This document shows positions 17,881 to 26,409 of a stretch of DNA of 44,402 nt, piece by piece (position 1 is the stretch's first letter; the number at the start of each line of letters is the position of its first letter). The position numbers were made by a program, and so were the translations under genes. Source of the stretch: Anaerolineales bacterium (GTDB taxonomy: Bacteria; Chloroflexota; Anaerolineae; Epilineales; JAANWY01); assembly GCA_018263655.1 (NCBI GenBank), contig JAANWY010000164.1, positions 1 through 44,402 of the forward strand. The letters run 5' to 3'. The notes beneath the pieces are model-generated. The model ran no database searches and was not told where the DNA came from. It was given only the letters and a program-made list of their open reading frames with translations.

Positions 17881-17910
17881 CGAAGCGTAAATTGAATACT
17901 TGCAAGCAAG

Positions 17911-18172
17911 AAACCTTCGGGGCAGGGTGAGGTGCGTGCAGCGCACCGATTCCCGACCGGCGGTATGGGAGTTAGTCGATTAGTCGCTTGCTTGGTTGCT
18001 TGGTTGCTTGGTCTGGTAGTCGCTTAGTCGTTTGACTATTTGACTAACCGACCAAACAACCAAACGACTAAATGACCAAGCGACTAAACGACTAACCTTC
18101 CGAGCCCGCGAGCCTTATGGCTGATTCCGGTGAGAGACCGGAGCCGACGGTATAGTCCGGATGGAAGGAGGT
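17911..18172 (+). promoter_or_regulatory. FMN riboswitch (RFN element) with enlarged peripheral stems
   Basis: Conserved RFN blocks read directly: ccttcggggcagggtga ... gattcccgaccggcggta ... agcccgcgagcc ... ggtgagagaccggagccgacggtatagtccggatggaagg. Two insertions interrupt them, at 17931-17947 and 17971-18097. Confidence 0.85.
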
Positions 18173-18203
18173 TCGATGTGGCGTTGCACAGCCGGCGCTT
18201 CCG

Positions 18204-18229
18204 AGCTTCTCCGTGGGAGAAGCTTTTTC
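18204..18229 (+). terminator. rho-independent terminator 1 (likely riboswitch expression platform)
   Basis: agcttctcc-gtg-ggagaagct followed by TTTTT. Confidence 0.6.
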
Positions 18230-18256
18230 AGTATGAGGATGCTTCAAGCGTCGTCA

Positions 18257-18326
18257 GTGTATGCACTACTGTGTATGCACTACTGTGCATGCGCTGCTGT
18301 GTGTGCGCTGCTGTGTGTGCGCAGCC
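18257..18326 (+). repeat. five tandem copies of a 14-nt unit between the two terminators
   Basis: gtgtatgcactact x2, then gtgcatgcgctgct, gtgtgtgcgctgct and gtgtgtgcgcagcc. The units differ mainly by A/G transitions. Confidence 0.75.
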
Positions 18327-18330
18327 ATTC

Positions 18331-18362
18331 CCCGAGGGTCAGTTGGGTCCTCGGGTTTTTTT
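18331..18362 (+). terminator. rho-independent terminator 2 upstream of the permease start
   Basis: cccgagg-gtcagttgggt-cctcggg followed by T7. Confidence 0.6.
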
Positions 18363-18396
18363 GTGTACCGATATCACACAGCCAAGGCCTATTGAG

Positions 18397-19239
18397 ATGT
18401 TTGATGATGGAGATGGTTCTATGGAATTGACGCATACTGCTTCGAGGCGTACTGTAACTGGGCGACGGCGCATTGGACGCCGGCCGGCACCGTTGTCCCC
18501 CGGCCAGTTACAGGCATTCACAGTGCCGGTGTCGCTAACTTTGCTCATCGGCATCTGGTCGATAGTGGCTCGATTCTACCCCACGTGGATCCTGCCCGGG
18601 CCGGCCCAGGTCTGGCACCGATTCGTTCAGGTAGCGGGAGATGGCACGCTGCTACGGCACGCGCAGGTGACGCTGACCGAGGCGTTGCTGGGGTTCGCGC
18701 TCGGGTTCTGTGTGGCCGGCATCTTAGGCTATGGGCTTGCAAAATCGCCAACCCTTGAGCGGCTCGTCTCGCCCTACATCGTGGCGTCACAGTCGACGCC
18801 CGTCGTCGCCATTGCACCGTTACTGATCCTCTGGTTTGGGGCCGGAATCCTGTCGAAGATTCTGGTGTGCGCGCTAGTCATCTTCTTCCCGATGCTCGTC
18901 AACACCGTGGTCGGGCTGCGGTCCATCGACCAGGACTATCGAGACCTCTTCGAGAGCCTGGATGCCTCCGCCTGGCAAACGTTCACCAAGCTGGAGTTGC
19001 CGGCGGCGCTACCCGTGCTCTTCGGCGGCCTGCGCGTCGGCATCACACTGTCCGTCGTCGGCGCCGTCGTCGGTGAGTTCATCGGCTCGGACCAGGGACT
19101 GGGGGCGTTGATAAACATTGCGCGCGGCCTCTTCGACACGCCTTTGATGTTCGTCGCTTTGTTGACGTTGATTTCCATTGCCTTGGTGCTCTATCTGTCC
19201 GTCGTGATGTTGGAGCGCATCTTGGTGCGATGGCGCTAG
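18397..19239 (+). CDS. ribX: ABC transporter permease, NitT/TauT (ThiX-like) family; predicted riboflavin importer permease
   Basis: BPD-type permease core (…TLTEALLGFALGF…, EAA-like loop LFESLDASAWQTFTKLELPAALP). The function is inferred from the upstream FMN riboswitch. Start is ATG 18397 or 18421. The earlier part of the listed ORF overlaps the riboswitch and terminators. Confidence 0.75.
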   Translation: MFDDGDGSMELTHTASRRTVTGRRRIGRRPAPLSPGQLQAFTVPVSLTLLIGIWSIVARFYPTWILPGPAQVWHRFVQVAGDGTLLRHAQVTLTEALLGFALGFCVAGILGYGLAKSPTLERLVSPYIVASQSTPVVAIAPLLILWFGAGILSKILVCALVIFFPMLVNTVVGLRSIDQDYRDLFESLDASAWQTFTKLELPAALPVLFGGLRVGITLSVVGAVVGEFIGSDQGLGALINIARGLFDTPLMFVALLTLISIALVLYLSVVMLERILVRWR

Positions 19240-19260
19240 CACGAGATTGAGGATGCAACG

Positions 19261-20358
19261 ATGAAGTACAAGACGCTGACTATCTTTCTCCTATTGAGTC
19301 TGATCTTGACGGCGTGCACGACGGCATTGGCTCCCACGTTGCCAGCGCCAACGAGTGAGCCGGCCGACCGGCCGACTGAGACCCAGCCCCCCACGTCTCC
19401 CCCGTCCGTCCCGCCAGTGACCCCCACCGAGGGGGTGCCCCGATCTCGCGAGGTCAACCCGCTTACGCCGGTTATTCTGTCTATGGGCTTCGTTCCCAAC
19501 GTGCAGTTCGCACCGTTCTACGTGGCTGTGGCCAGGGGGTATTTCGCCAAGAACGGGCTGACCGTCGAGTTTGACTACGGGATGGAGAACGATCTGCTAC
19601 AACTGGTTGGTACGGGCAAGCGGCAATTCGTTGTGGGCAGCGGCGATCAGGTGATCCTGGCCCGCTCCCGAGGGCTGCCGGTGGTCTATGTGATGAACTG
19701 GTACCGGCGGTTCCCGGTTGTTGTATTCGCGCTGGATGATCTGGATTGGCCGGCCGACTTGGTGGGCAAGACCGTCGGGTTGCCCGGCCTGTTCGGGGCC
19801 AGCTACATCGGCTGGCAGGCCTTGTTGAATGTGACTCACATCCCTGCTGACCGGGTCAACGTCGAGACGATTGGTTTCACCCAAGCTGAGGCGGTGGCCG
19901 CCGGCAAAGTCGACGCCGCAGTCGGCTATGCCATGAACGAGCCGATCCGCCTGCGACAGGAAGGTTACACCCCGGCTGTGATCGAGGTCGCTGACTACAT
20001 CGATCTAGTTGCCAATGGCCTCATCACCAACGAGACGACGATTGCCGAGAACCCCGATCTGGTACAGCGCGTCGTAGGGGCGTCGCTCATGGGCCTGCGC
20101 GACACCATCGCAAACCCCGACGAGGCGTTTGAGATCACGCTCAACTACGTGCCCGAGGCCGGCGAGCACCGCGAAGCTCAGTTGGCAGTCCTCGAGAAAT
20201 CCATCGAATATTGGAAGGCCAACCAGCTTGGGTACTCCGACCGGGCGGCGTGGGAAACGTCGCGGCAATTCCTGAGAGACATTGGCCTAATTGAGGAAAC
20301 AACTGACGTGAACGAGATGTTCACGAATCGATTTGTGGACGCGGTTGGACTGGAATGA
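19261..20358 (+). CDS. ribY: ABC transporter substrate-binding lipoprotein, NMT1/THI5 (ThiY-like) family; predicted riboflavin-binding component
   Basis: Signal peptide with lipobox LILTAC and a Pro/Thr linker, followed by an NMT1/THI5-like fold (PNVQFAPFYVAVARGYF...). It is co-oriented 21 nt after the permease. Confidence 0.75.
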   Translation: MKYKTLTIFLLLSLILTACTTALAPTLPAPTSEPADRPTETQPPTSPPSVPPVTPTEGVPRSREVNPLTPVILSMGFVPNVQFAPFYVAVARGYFAKNGLTVEFDYGMENDLLQLVGTGKRQFVVGSGDQVILARSRGLPVVYVMNWYRRFPVVVFALDDLDWPADLVGKTVGLPGLFGASYIGWQALLNVTHIPADRVNVETIGFTQAEAVAAGKVDAAVGYAMNEPIRLRQEGYTPAVIEVADYIDLVANGLITNETTIAENPDLVQRVVGASLMGLRDTIANPDEAFEITLNYVPEAGEHREAQLAVLEKSIEYWKANQLGYSDRAAWETSRQFLRDIGLIEETTDVNEMFTNRFVDAVGLE

Positions 20359-20502
20359 GGGGTTGTGACTTCCAGATGCTTCGTGGATGGTGGTCAACGG
20401 ATTGCGGCCTACGGCTTGGCATAGCGGATTATCGGAAAATCGGCGCGGGCTGTTCCATTCGCGACTTTCGCTCTTTTCACATATTCGCGGTCCAAAGTGC
20501 AC

Positions 20503-20531
20503 TTGCCTTTTTGCCAGTTCTGTGCTACACT
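20503..20531 (+). promoter_or_regulatory. candidate promoter for the cobalamin riboswitch operon
   Basis: TTGCCT (20503-20508), 17-nt spacer, TACACT (20526-20531). Confidence 0.45.
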
Positions 20532-20553
20532 GCGTCTAACAACAGAAAATAGA

Positions 20554-20775
20554 CTCGACAGAGGTGCCCTTCGGCCCGGATGCCAGGGTTTAAAGGCGAA
20601 GCCGGTGAAAGTCCGGCACTGTCGCGCAACTGTAACATCAGTGTACAGTAAACAGTGATCAGTAAACAGTCGTAGATTGGAGACAATACTGATTACTATT
20701 CACTGATCACGTCCGTCGTACCGACGGGCGTTCACTGGTGAAGTCAGGACGCCCGCCTCTATCGCGCTCTGCACA
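20554..20775 (+). promoter_or_regulatory. cobalamin (AdoCbl-type) riboswitch
   Basis: Conserved blocks are aggtgcc...gccagggtttaaaggcgaagccggtgaaagtccggcactgtcgcgcaactgtaa and the B12-box-like gtgaagtcaggacgcccgcc. P1 is gacagagg/cctctatc. A word hairpin (20635-20710) occupies the variable region. Confidence 0.85.
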
Positions 20776-20875
20776 CCCTCGCGTCAAGGAGGTGGGAGCA
20801 TGGCTGCCTAGCCCGAGAGACACCCCCCTTACCGAGACGGTAAGGGATTCGCTTTGTAGCCGTCAAGCCAACCTA

Positions 20876-20910
20876 CCCGACCCAGTCTGATGACGAGGTC
20901 GGGTTTTTGT
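20876..20910 (+). terminator. rho-independent terminator in the riboswitch expression platform
   Basis: cccgac-ccagtctgatgacgag-gtcggg followed by TTTTT, 125 nt before the first gene. Confidence 0.6.
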
Positions 20911-21036
20911 ATCTTCTCAATAAGCTGGGGAAGGTAGGACGAATTGCCAATTCGTCTTACATATTGGCCCCAAGATATTGAGAGGATACGGGTTTTTCGT
21001 TTCTCACCGCAACAGTCTAAGGAGAAGAGGAAGCGA

Positions 21037-22017
21037 ATGAAATACCCCGTTTTGTCACTAGCGCTGCTCACGGCTCTATTGCTTACCGTCGGAGCCGGCT
21101 GCGCCGCACCCCCCGCTACCCCTATCTCGGGCGCCGCGCCACCGGATTCGTCTGCGCCTCCCACAGCCACGCTAGCCGGCTTCCCGATCACCGTGACCGA
21201 CGATCTGGACCGAGAAGTAACTGTCAACACGAAACCACAGCGTATCGTGTCATTGTCACCCTCTAACACTGAGATCCTCTTTGCGGCAGGGGCCGGCGAT
21301 CAAGTCGTGGGCGTCACCGAATACTGCAACTTTCCACCCGAAGCTCAGGAGCGAGAGACAATTGGCGGCTTTTCGGCCAAGACCATCAGCGTCGAGAAAA
21401 TCGTGTTCCTCGAACCGGATCTGGTCTTCTCCGCCAGTGCTATCCAACAGCCGGTGATTGATGCCTTGGAACAGGCCGGCATCACCACCTTCGCCTTCGA
21501 TCCGGAGGGGGTCGAAGGCGTCTACGAGAACATCGGAGCAGCCGGCCAGCTCACCGGCCACGAAACTGAAGCCGGTGAGGTGGTAGCTGAGATGAAGCAA
21601 CGTCTCGCTGCCGTACGAGATGAAGTCGACGCAATTCCGGACGACGAGCGCCCCACCGTCTTCTACGAGGTGTGGCACGAGCCGCTGATGACGGCCGGCC
21701 CCACGACCTTCATCGGCCGGCTCATCGAATTGGCCGGCGGGGAGAACATCTTCGCTGATGTGGCCGAGGAGTACCCCCAAATCAGCACTGAGACCGTTAT
21801 TCAGCGCGATCCAGACGTGATCCTCGGGCCTGACAGCCACGGTGAAGAGCTGACATCAGAGAAAATCGAGGCTCGGGTGGGTTGGGCGAGCATTCAGGCA
21901 GTACAGGATGGGCGCATCTATCTCGTGGATGGCGATATGGTTTCCCGGCCTGGGCCTCGTCTCGCTGTCGTGTTGGAAGACATCGCTCAGGATCTGTACC
22001 CTGACCTGTTCCCCTAG
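21037..22017 (+). CDS. btuF: periplasmic-binding lipoprotein of the BtuF/FhuD (cluster A) family, predicted corrinoid-binding
   Basis: Lipobox LTVGAGC. RIVSLSPSNTEILFAAGAGDQVVGVT... is typical of BtuF-like proteins. Substrate is inferred from the cobalamin riboswitch and operon context. SD AAGGAGAAGAGG precedes ATG 21037. Confidence 0.8.
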   Translation: MKYPVLSLALLTALLLTVGAGCAAPPATPISGAAPPDSSAPPTATLAGFPITVTDDLDREVTVNTKPQRIVSLSPSNTEILFAAGAGDQVVGVTEYCNFPPEAQERETIGGFSAKTISVEKIVFLEPDLVFSASAIQQPVIDALEQAGITTFAFDPEGVEGVYENIGAAGQLTGHETEAGEVVAEMKQRLAAVRDEVDAIPDDERPTVFYEVWHEPLMTAGPTTFIGRLIELAGGENIFADVAEEYPQISTETVIQRDPDVILGPDSHGEELTSEKIEARVGWASIQAVQDGRIYLVDGDMVSRPGPRLAVVLEDIAQDLYPDLFP

Positions 22018-22261
22018 TGATGCTCGGCATGAATCCTTCCCCAGTTACCTGTTCAAAGGGGATCGTCAGATCCCCGTCTGGAGCGGCGATTTCTCCTGCT
22101 TGCAGCGGACTTTTGCCAGGCGTCTGGCGATCCCTAGCGAGCGTACAACTGATGGAGTATTGTCTGCCAAGAACCACTAGGGACTTCCAGGGAAGTAGTT
22201 ACTTAGACTATAAAGTTCGGTAACTACTCAGGCTGCTGCCCTGGCAGTGGCGAAATCCGGA

Positions 22262-22298
22262 CTCTTCTTGTGTAGGCACGAAGTGCCTGAGTAGTCAC
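22262..22298. repeat. 37-nt dispersed repeat, exact inverted copy of 32441-32477
   Basis: ctcttcttgtgtaggcacgaagtgcctgagtagtcac is the exact reverse complement of gtgactactcaggcacttcgtgcctacacaagaagag. Confidence 0.85.
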
Positions 22299-22345
22299 CC
22301 CACCGGGGAAGTCACCGGCTTTGAATTCCGGAATCCCCGTAATCG

Positions 22346-23404
22346 GTGTGTGTGTCGAGTCTATTGGAGGTAGATTCTTTGACCCAGAGGAGCTATTTCG
22401 TGGCGTTGCTGGCACTGAGCGGATTGGTGGCCGTTAGCTTAGTGCTCAGCCTGGGACTGGGAGCGGTGTCTCTTACCCCGAGCCAAGTGGTGGACGTTCT
22501 GGCGAGTCATTTGCCTTGGGGAGAGCCGGTCGAGGGCGTACACGCCACCATCGTGTGGGACCTCCGGCTGGCCCGCGCGCTGTTGGCGGCCCTCATCGGC
22601 GCCGGATTGGCAGCGGCCGGCGCCGCGTTCCAGGGCCTCTTCCGCAATCCCCTGGCCGACCCCTTCATCGTGGGGGCTTCTGGTGGCGCCGCTCTAGGGG
22701 CAACCCTGGCTATCACCGCCGGCCTGCGTTGGAGTGGCGCCGGCTTCGGTCCGGTACCCCTGGCGGCTTTCGTTGGCACGCTATTGGCGGTAGCGCTGGT
22801 CTACGCCGTAGCCGAGACGGGTGGCCACGCGCCGGCGGTCGCCCTGCTGCTGGCCGGTGCTGCTCTGAGCACCATCCTATCGGCCGCCGTCTCTTTGCTC
22901 ATGCTGCTCAACGACCGCGCACTGCACGAAGTCTTCACCTGGCTGCTAGGTGGGTTAGGCGGGCGGAGCTGGCCGCACCTACGAGCCAGTGTGCCCTATC
23001 TCCTGATCGGCCTCGCAAGCTTGTGGCTGATGGCTCGCCCACTGGACGCCCTAGCCTCGGGCGAAGAGACGGCCCAGAGCCTGGGATTAAGGCTGCCACA
23101 CGCTCGCGGGGCCATCGTGGCCGCTGCCAGCCTGACCACGGCGGCCGCTGTGGCGGTGGGCGGCATCATCGGCTTTGTGGGCCTCATCGCCCCCCACGCC
23201 GCGCGGCTCCTCTTCGGTGCCGACCACCACCGCCTCATCCCAGCCAGCGCGCTGTTAGGTGCGCTGCTTCTGCTTCTGGCCGACGACTTGGCCCGCACTG
23301 TCTTGGCTCCCGTCGAACTGCCAGTTGGTATTGTCACGGCGCTGCTGGGAGGACCTTTCTTTCTCTATTTGCTGAAGACGCGCCAGCGCGAGCTTGGAGG
23401 TTGA
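22346..23404 (+). CDS. btuC: FecCD-family ABC permease, predicted corrinoid importer
   Basis: Typical FecCD/BtuC sequence (LRLARALLAALIGAGLAAAGAAFQGLFRNPLADPFIVG..., GIIGFVGLIAPHAARLL). Start is uncertain: GTG 22346, or TTG 22379 preceded by GGAGG. Confidence 0.88.
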   Translation: MCVSSLLEVDSLTQRSYFVALLALSGLVAVSLVLSLGLGAVSLTPSQVVDVLASHLPWGEPVEGVHATIVWDLRLARALLAALIGAGLAAAGAAFQGLFRNPLADPFIVGASGGAALGATLAITAGLRWSGAGFGPVPLAAFVGTLLAVALVYAVAETGGHAPAVALLLAGAALSTILSAAVSLLMLLNDRALHEVFTWLLGGLGGRSWPHLRASVPYLLIGLASLWLMARPLDALASGEETAQSLGLRLPHARGAIVAAASLTTAAAVAVGGIIGFVGLIAPHAARLLFGADHHRLIPASALLGALLLLLADDLARTVLAPVELPVGIVTALLGGPFFLYLLKTRQRELGG

Positions 23405-23406
23405 AC

Positions 23407-24219
23407 ATGATAACGTTGGAAGCCCAAGACATCACCTGTGCCTACGACGGCCGGCCTGTGCTCGAAGAACTCTGTCTGGCTGTGCGGTCTGGCGAGGTCA
23501 CGGCCCTCATCGGCCCCAACGGTGTGGGCAAGACCACGCTGCTGCGCGCTATGGCCCGGCTGTTGGAACCTCGCCAGGGATCGGTGCTGCTAGCCGGCCG
23601 CGACCTGCGGGACATGTCTTCGAAGGCAGTGGCCCAACAGCTCGGCTTGGCGCCTCAGGCCGAGACTGCCAGTTGGCCGATCACTGTAGAACGGGCCGTG
23701 TCGCTTGGCCGGGCGCCCCATCGCGGGTGGCTGCTGCCCTTTTCGGCGGAGGACCGGGCCATCGTGGAGGGTATCCTGCAACAGACCGGGCTCGTGCCGC
23801 TGCGTGAGCGACGCGTGACAGAGCTGTCCGGGGGCGAGCAGCGACGGGTGATTCTCGCCCGCGTCCTGGCCCAGCAACCGGAAGTGCTGTTGCTGGATGA
23901 GCCGACAGCGTACCTGGACTTGAAGTACCAGACGGAAATTCTGGAACTCGTGAGCCGGCTGGCGCACGAGGACAAGCTGGCCGTCGTCATTAGCTTGCAC
24001 GACCTCAACCTGGCCGCGCTCTACGCGGATCGGGTGGCTCTGTTGAGTGAAGGGGCGTTGCAGGCCGTAGGCGCTCCATCTGAGGTTCTGACGCCGGAGC
24101 GACTGACACAAGTTTACGGCGTTCCCGTCGTCGTCACCCGCCATCCCGTCTCGGACACCCCTCTGGTGATGCCGGTGGCCAACGGAACGTCATCTCACAA
24201 AAGGGTCTCTGAATCGTAA
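23407..24219 (+). CDS. btuD: ABC transporter ATP-binding protein, predicted corrinoid importer ATPase
   Basis: Walker A GPNGVGKTT, signature LSGGEQRR, Walker B LLLDEPT. Only the last 270 codons of the listed 567-aa ORF are real. Confidence 0.88.
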   Translation: MITLEAQDITCAYDGRPVLEELCLAVRSGEVTALIGPNGVGKTTLLRAMARLLEPRQGSVLLAGRDLRDMSSKAVAQQLGLAPQAETASWPITVERAVSLGRAPHRGWLLPFSAEDRAIVEGILQQTGLVPLRERRVTELSGGEQRRVILARVLAQQPEVLLLDEPTAYLDLKYQTEILELVSRLAHEDKLAVVISLHDLNLAALYADRVALLSEGALQAVGAPSEVLTPERLTQVYGVPVVVTRHPVSDTPLVMPVANGTSSHKRVSES

Positions 24220-24325
24220 ACTATGCCTGCGCCAAGGTGGACCGAAGAATGGGGACGGCCATTCTTCAGCATTTCCCAACTGCGAAGGCAACAGCCTGAG
24301 CAGTTAGGCTCTGAGGTGAGAAACT

Positions 24326-24886
24326 ATGAATGAAGAACAACAGCAGACAGCTCGACGCGAAAAGCGCAAGAAAGGTCTAGTCATCATCAACACCGGAACC
24401 GGAAAGGGCAAGACCACCGCCGCTCTGGGCACTCTGTTGCGCGCTTGGGGACGGGGCATGCGCCCCTGCGTGATCCAGTTCCTCAAGCACGAAGCTGGCG
24501 GCTGGGGGGAGGTGAGAGCAGCTCACGAATTGGGCATCGAATGGCATAAGATGGGCGATGGCTTCACCTGGCAGTCCCGGGACATGGACGAGACGGCCGC
24601 CAAAGCGACCCACGCTTGGGAGGTGGCCCGAGACAAGATCGCCAGCGGCGCTTATGATCTCATCATCCTGGACGAGTTCACGTATCTGCTGAAATTCGGT
24701 TGGTTGGACACGGACGAAGTCGTTGACTGGCTGCGCGAGAACAAACCACCGATGCTGCACCTCATCATCACCGGCCGCGATGCGCCGCCGGCTCTCGTCG
24801 ATTTTGCCGACCTGGTCACCGATATGCACAAGATCAAGCACCCCTTCGATGAAGGCGTTCGGGCCCAGTCAGGGATTGAGTTCTGA
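24326..24886 (+). CDS. cobO: cob(I)yrinic acid a,c-diamide / corrinoid adenosyltransferase (CobA/CobO/BtuR type)
   Basis: P-loop [12 protein letters not shown] with ...[10 protein letters not shown]... and ...LIITGR... blocks. 186 aa. Confidence 0.9.
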   Translation: MNEEQQQTARREKRKKGLVIINTGTGKGKTTAALGTLLRAWGRGMRPCVIQFLKHEAGGWGEVRAAHELGIEWHKMGDGFTWQSRDMDETAAKATHAWEVARDKIASGAYDLIILDEFTYLLKFGWLDTDEVVDWLRENKPPMLHLIITGRDAPPALVDFADLVTDMHKIKHPFDEGVRAQSGIEF

Positions 24887-24985
24887 CCGAGATGATAAGT
24901 GAATCTTAAATTGTCTGGCGAGATGGCGACCTTCGAGGAAGCCGGCGTCGCGGACAAGGAGAGGCCGTGACGGGGAGGTCAGAGA

Positions 24986-25768
24986 TTGGGGATTGGAGAT
25001 CGGAGATTAGAGATTGGGAAGTGGACGGCGTCCTTCGCACCGCCGCTGGCAGCACTACAGTTCCTGACCCTTGCTCCGCCGTTGGTGCGCCGGCCCTTCA
25101 CGCCGGCGGAGATGGGGCAGGCTGTGGGCTATTTTCCACTAGTGGGAGCATTGCTGGGTGGCGCGCTGGCTGGGCTGAACTGGGGGCTGGGGGCCGTCTT
25201 TCCGGCGGAGGTTGTCGGCGCCATGGTGCTGGCTGTGTGGGTGATCCTGACCGGCGCCCTGCACCTGGACGGGCTACTGGACACCTGCGACGGGCTGTTC
25301 GGCGGCCGGGACCCGGAGACGCGGCTGTCCATTCTGCGGGACGAGCGGGTGGGGGCTTTCGCGGTAGCCGGCGGCGTGCTGCTCCTGCTGACAAAATATG
25401 CTTCCCTTGGCGCCCTCCCCGATGCGACAACCGCCCTGCTCCTGGCCCCGACGCTCGGGCGCTGGGGAATGGTATTGGCCGTCGTCGGCTTCCCGTACGC
25501 GCGGTCCGAGGGTCTGGGGCGGGCCATGAAAGATCGCGCCGGCTGGCCGCAACTGACGCTGGCGACGGGTGTCGCGCTGCTCGTGGCCTGGTTCGCCGGC
25601 CACCGGCTGGGTCTGATTGCGCTGGGCTTGGCCGCCGGCGTGACGTGGCTCGTCGCTCGCTTCACGCTGAGCCGGCTGCCAGGCCTGACGGGCGACATCT
25701 ACGGCGCCACGTGCGAGATCGTGGAGACGGTGGTGCTGCTCGCGTTCGTGGCAGGAGGCGCGCCGTGA
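24986..25768 (+). CDS. cobS: adenosylcobinamide-GDP ribazoletransferase (cobalamin synthase)
   Basis: LAALQFLTLAP, GYFPLVGALLGG and HLDGLLDTCDGL are CobS motifs. The only in-frame start upstream of them is TTG 24986, which lies inside a gattggagatt word repeat, so the start is uncertain. Confidence 0.82.
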   Translation: MGIGDRRLEIGKWTASFAPPLAALQFLTLAPPLVRRPFTPAEMGQAVGYFPLVGALLGGALAGLNWGLGAVFPAEVVGAMVLAVWVILTGALHLDGLLDTCDGLFGGRDPETRLSILRDERVGAFAVAGGVLLLLTKYASLGALPDATTALLLAPTLGRWGMVLAVVGFPYARSEGLGRAMKDRAGWPQLTLATGVALLVAWFAGHRLGLIALGLAAGVTWLVARFTLSRLPGLTGDIYGATCEIVETVVLLAFVAGGAP

Positions 25769-26409
25769 TCGAGGTCGATTTTCCAGGCATCACCGTCGAG
25801 ATGACGCCGGAAGTCCTCACCCTGCGGAGCGACCACCCGTTGCACGCGTTATCCTCCGCCATCGTCAATGGCGGCTTCACGCGCACGCACGACATCATCA
25901 ACCGCCAGGTCGACAAGAACTACGACCACCACGATCCCATCGTCGATCTGCAAGATTTCGCCCGCAGCAACGGCGCCGACGCGTCGTTCGTCGGGCTGAT
26001 GACGGCCGTGCGGTTACATGAGGCGCGCACTTGCACACACCAGGCTAGCGATTTGACGGTCGCCGCCGTGGTGACAGCTGGCGTCAGCAATGCCACGGCC
26101 GCTGGCCTAAGCCAGCCCACCGCCCTCACACCAAGCACCATCAACCTGATTTTGCTAATCGACGGACATCTGACGCCGGCGGCCATGGTCAACGCCGTCA
26201 TCACTGCCACCGAGGCCAAGACGCACGTGCTGTTGGAGCAAGACGCGCACACACCCAATGATCAGCCAGCCACCGGCACTTCGACAGATGCGGTGGTCGT
26301 TGCCTGCACCGAACGGGGTGCGCCGCTGCCGTATGCCGGCCCGGCCACGCGTGTCGGTTGGCTCATCGGCCGGTGCGTCCGGCAAGTGTTGAAAGAAACC
26401 TTGGGATGA
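25765..26409 (+). CDS. cbiZ: adenosylcobinamide amidohydrolase
   Basis: SSAIVNGGF...INRQV...FVGLMTAV...VTAGVSNA...TINLILLIDGHLTPAAMVNAVITATEAK...GTSTDAVVVA matches the CbiZ family. GTG start overlaps the cobS stop (GTGA), with SD GGCAGGAGG upstream. Confidence 0.85.
   Translation: MIEVDFPGITVEMTPEVLTLRSDHPLHALSSAIVNGGFTRTHDIINRQVDKNYDHHDPIVDLQDFARSNGADASFVGLMTAVRLHEARTCTHQASDLTVAAVVTAGVSNATAAGLSQPTALTPSTINLILLIDGHLTPAAMVNAVITATEAKTHVLLEQDAHTPNDQPATGTSTDAVVVACTERGAPLPYAGPATRVGWLIGRCVRQVLKETLG

Noticed and set aside
17143-17895. 250-aa plus-strand ORF
   Set aside because: It runs through three dispersed repeats and is antisense to the integrase remnant. It has no domain-like sequence. Only its first approximately 25 codons vaguely resemble a FemAB start, which is noted in a finding as speculative.
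18257-18326. 14-nt tandem repeat considered as a CRISPR or minisatellite-encoded peptide
   Set aside because: The units are too short and contiguous. The overlapping Cys-rich ORFs (18130.., 18161..) start inside the riboswitch and cross a terminator.
20786-20806. Strong SD (AAGGAGGTG) followed by a 3-codon mini-ORF ATG GCT GCC TAG in the B12 riboswitch leader
   Set aside because: It is too short to evaluate and may be coincidental or part of the expression platform. I am not reporting it as a gene.
22516-23406. N-terminal 297 codons of the listed 567-aa ORF (Arg/Pro/Gly-rich)
   Set aside because: It is an out-of-frame read-through of the btuC-like permease gene in GC-rich DNA. The recognisable ABC ATPase begins at ATG 23407, right after the permease stop.
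24967-25764. N-terminal 266 codons of the listed 480-aa ORF
   Set aside because: It is a low-complexity Arg/Gly/Ala translation overlapping cobS in another frame. Only the CbiZ part from GTG 25765 has family-like sequence.
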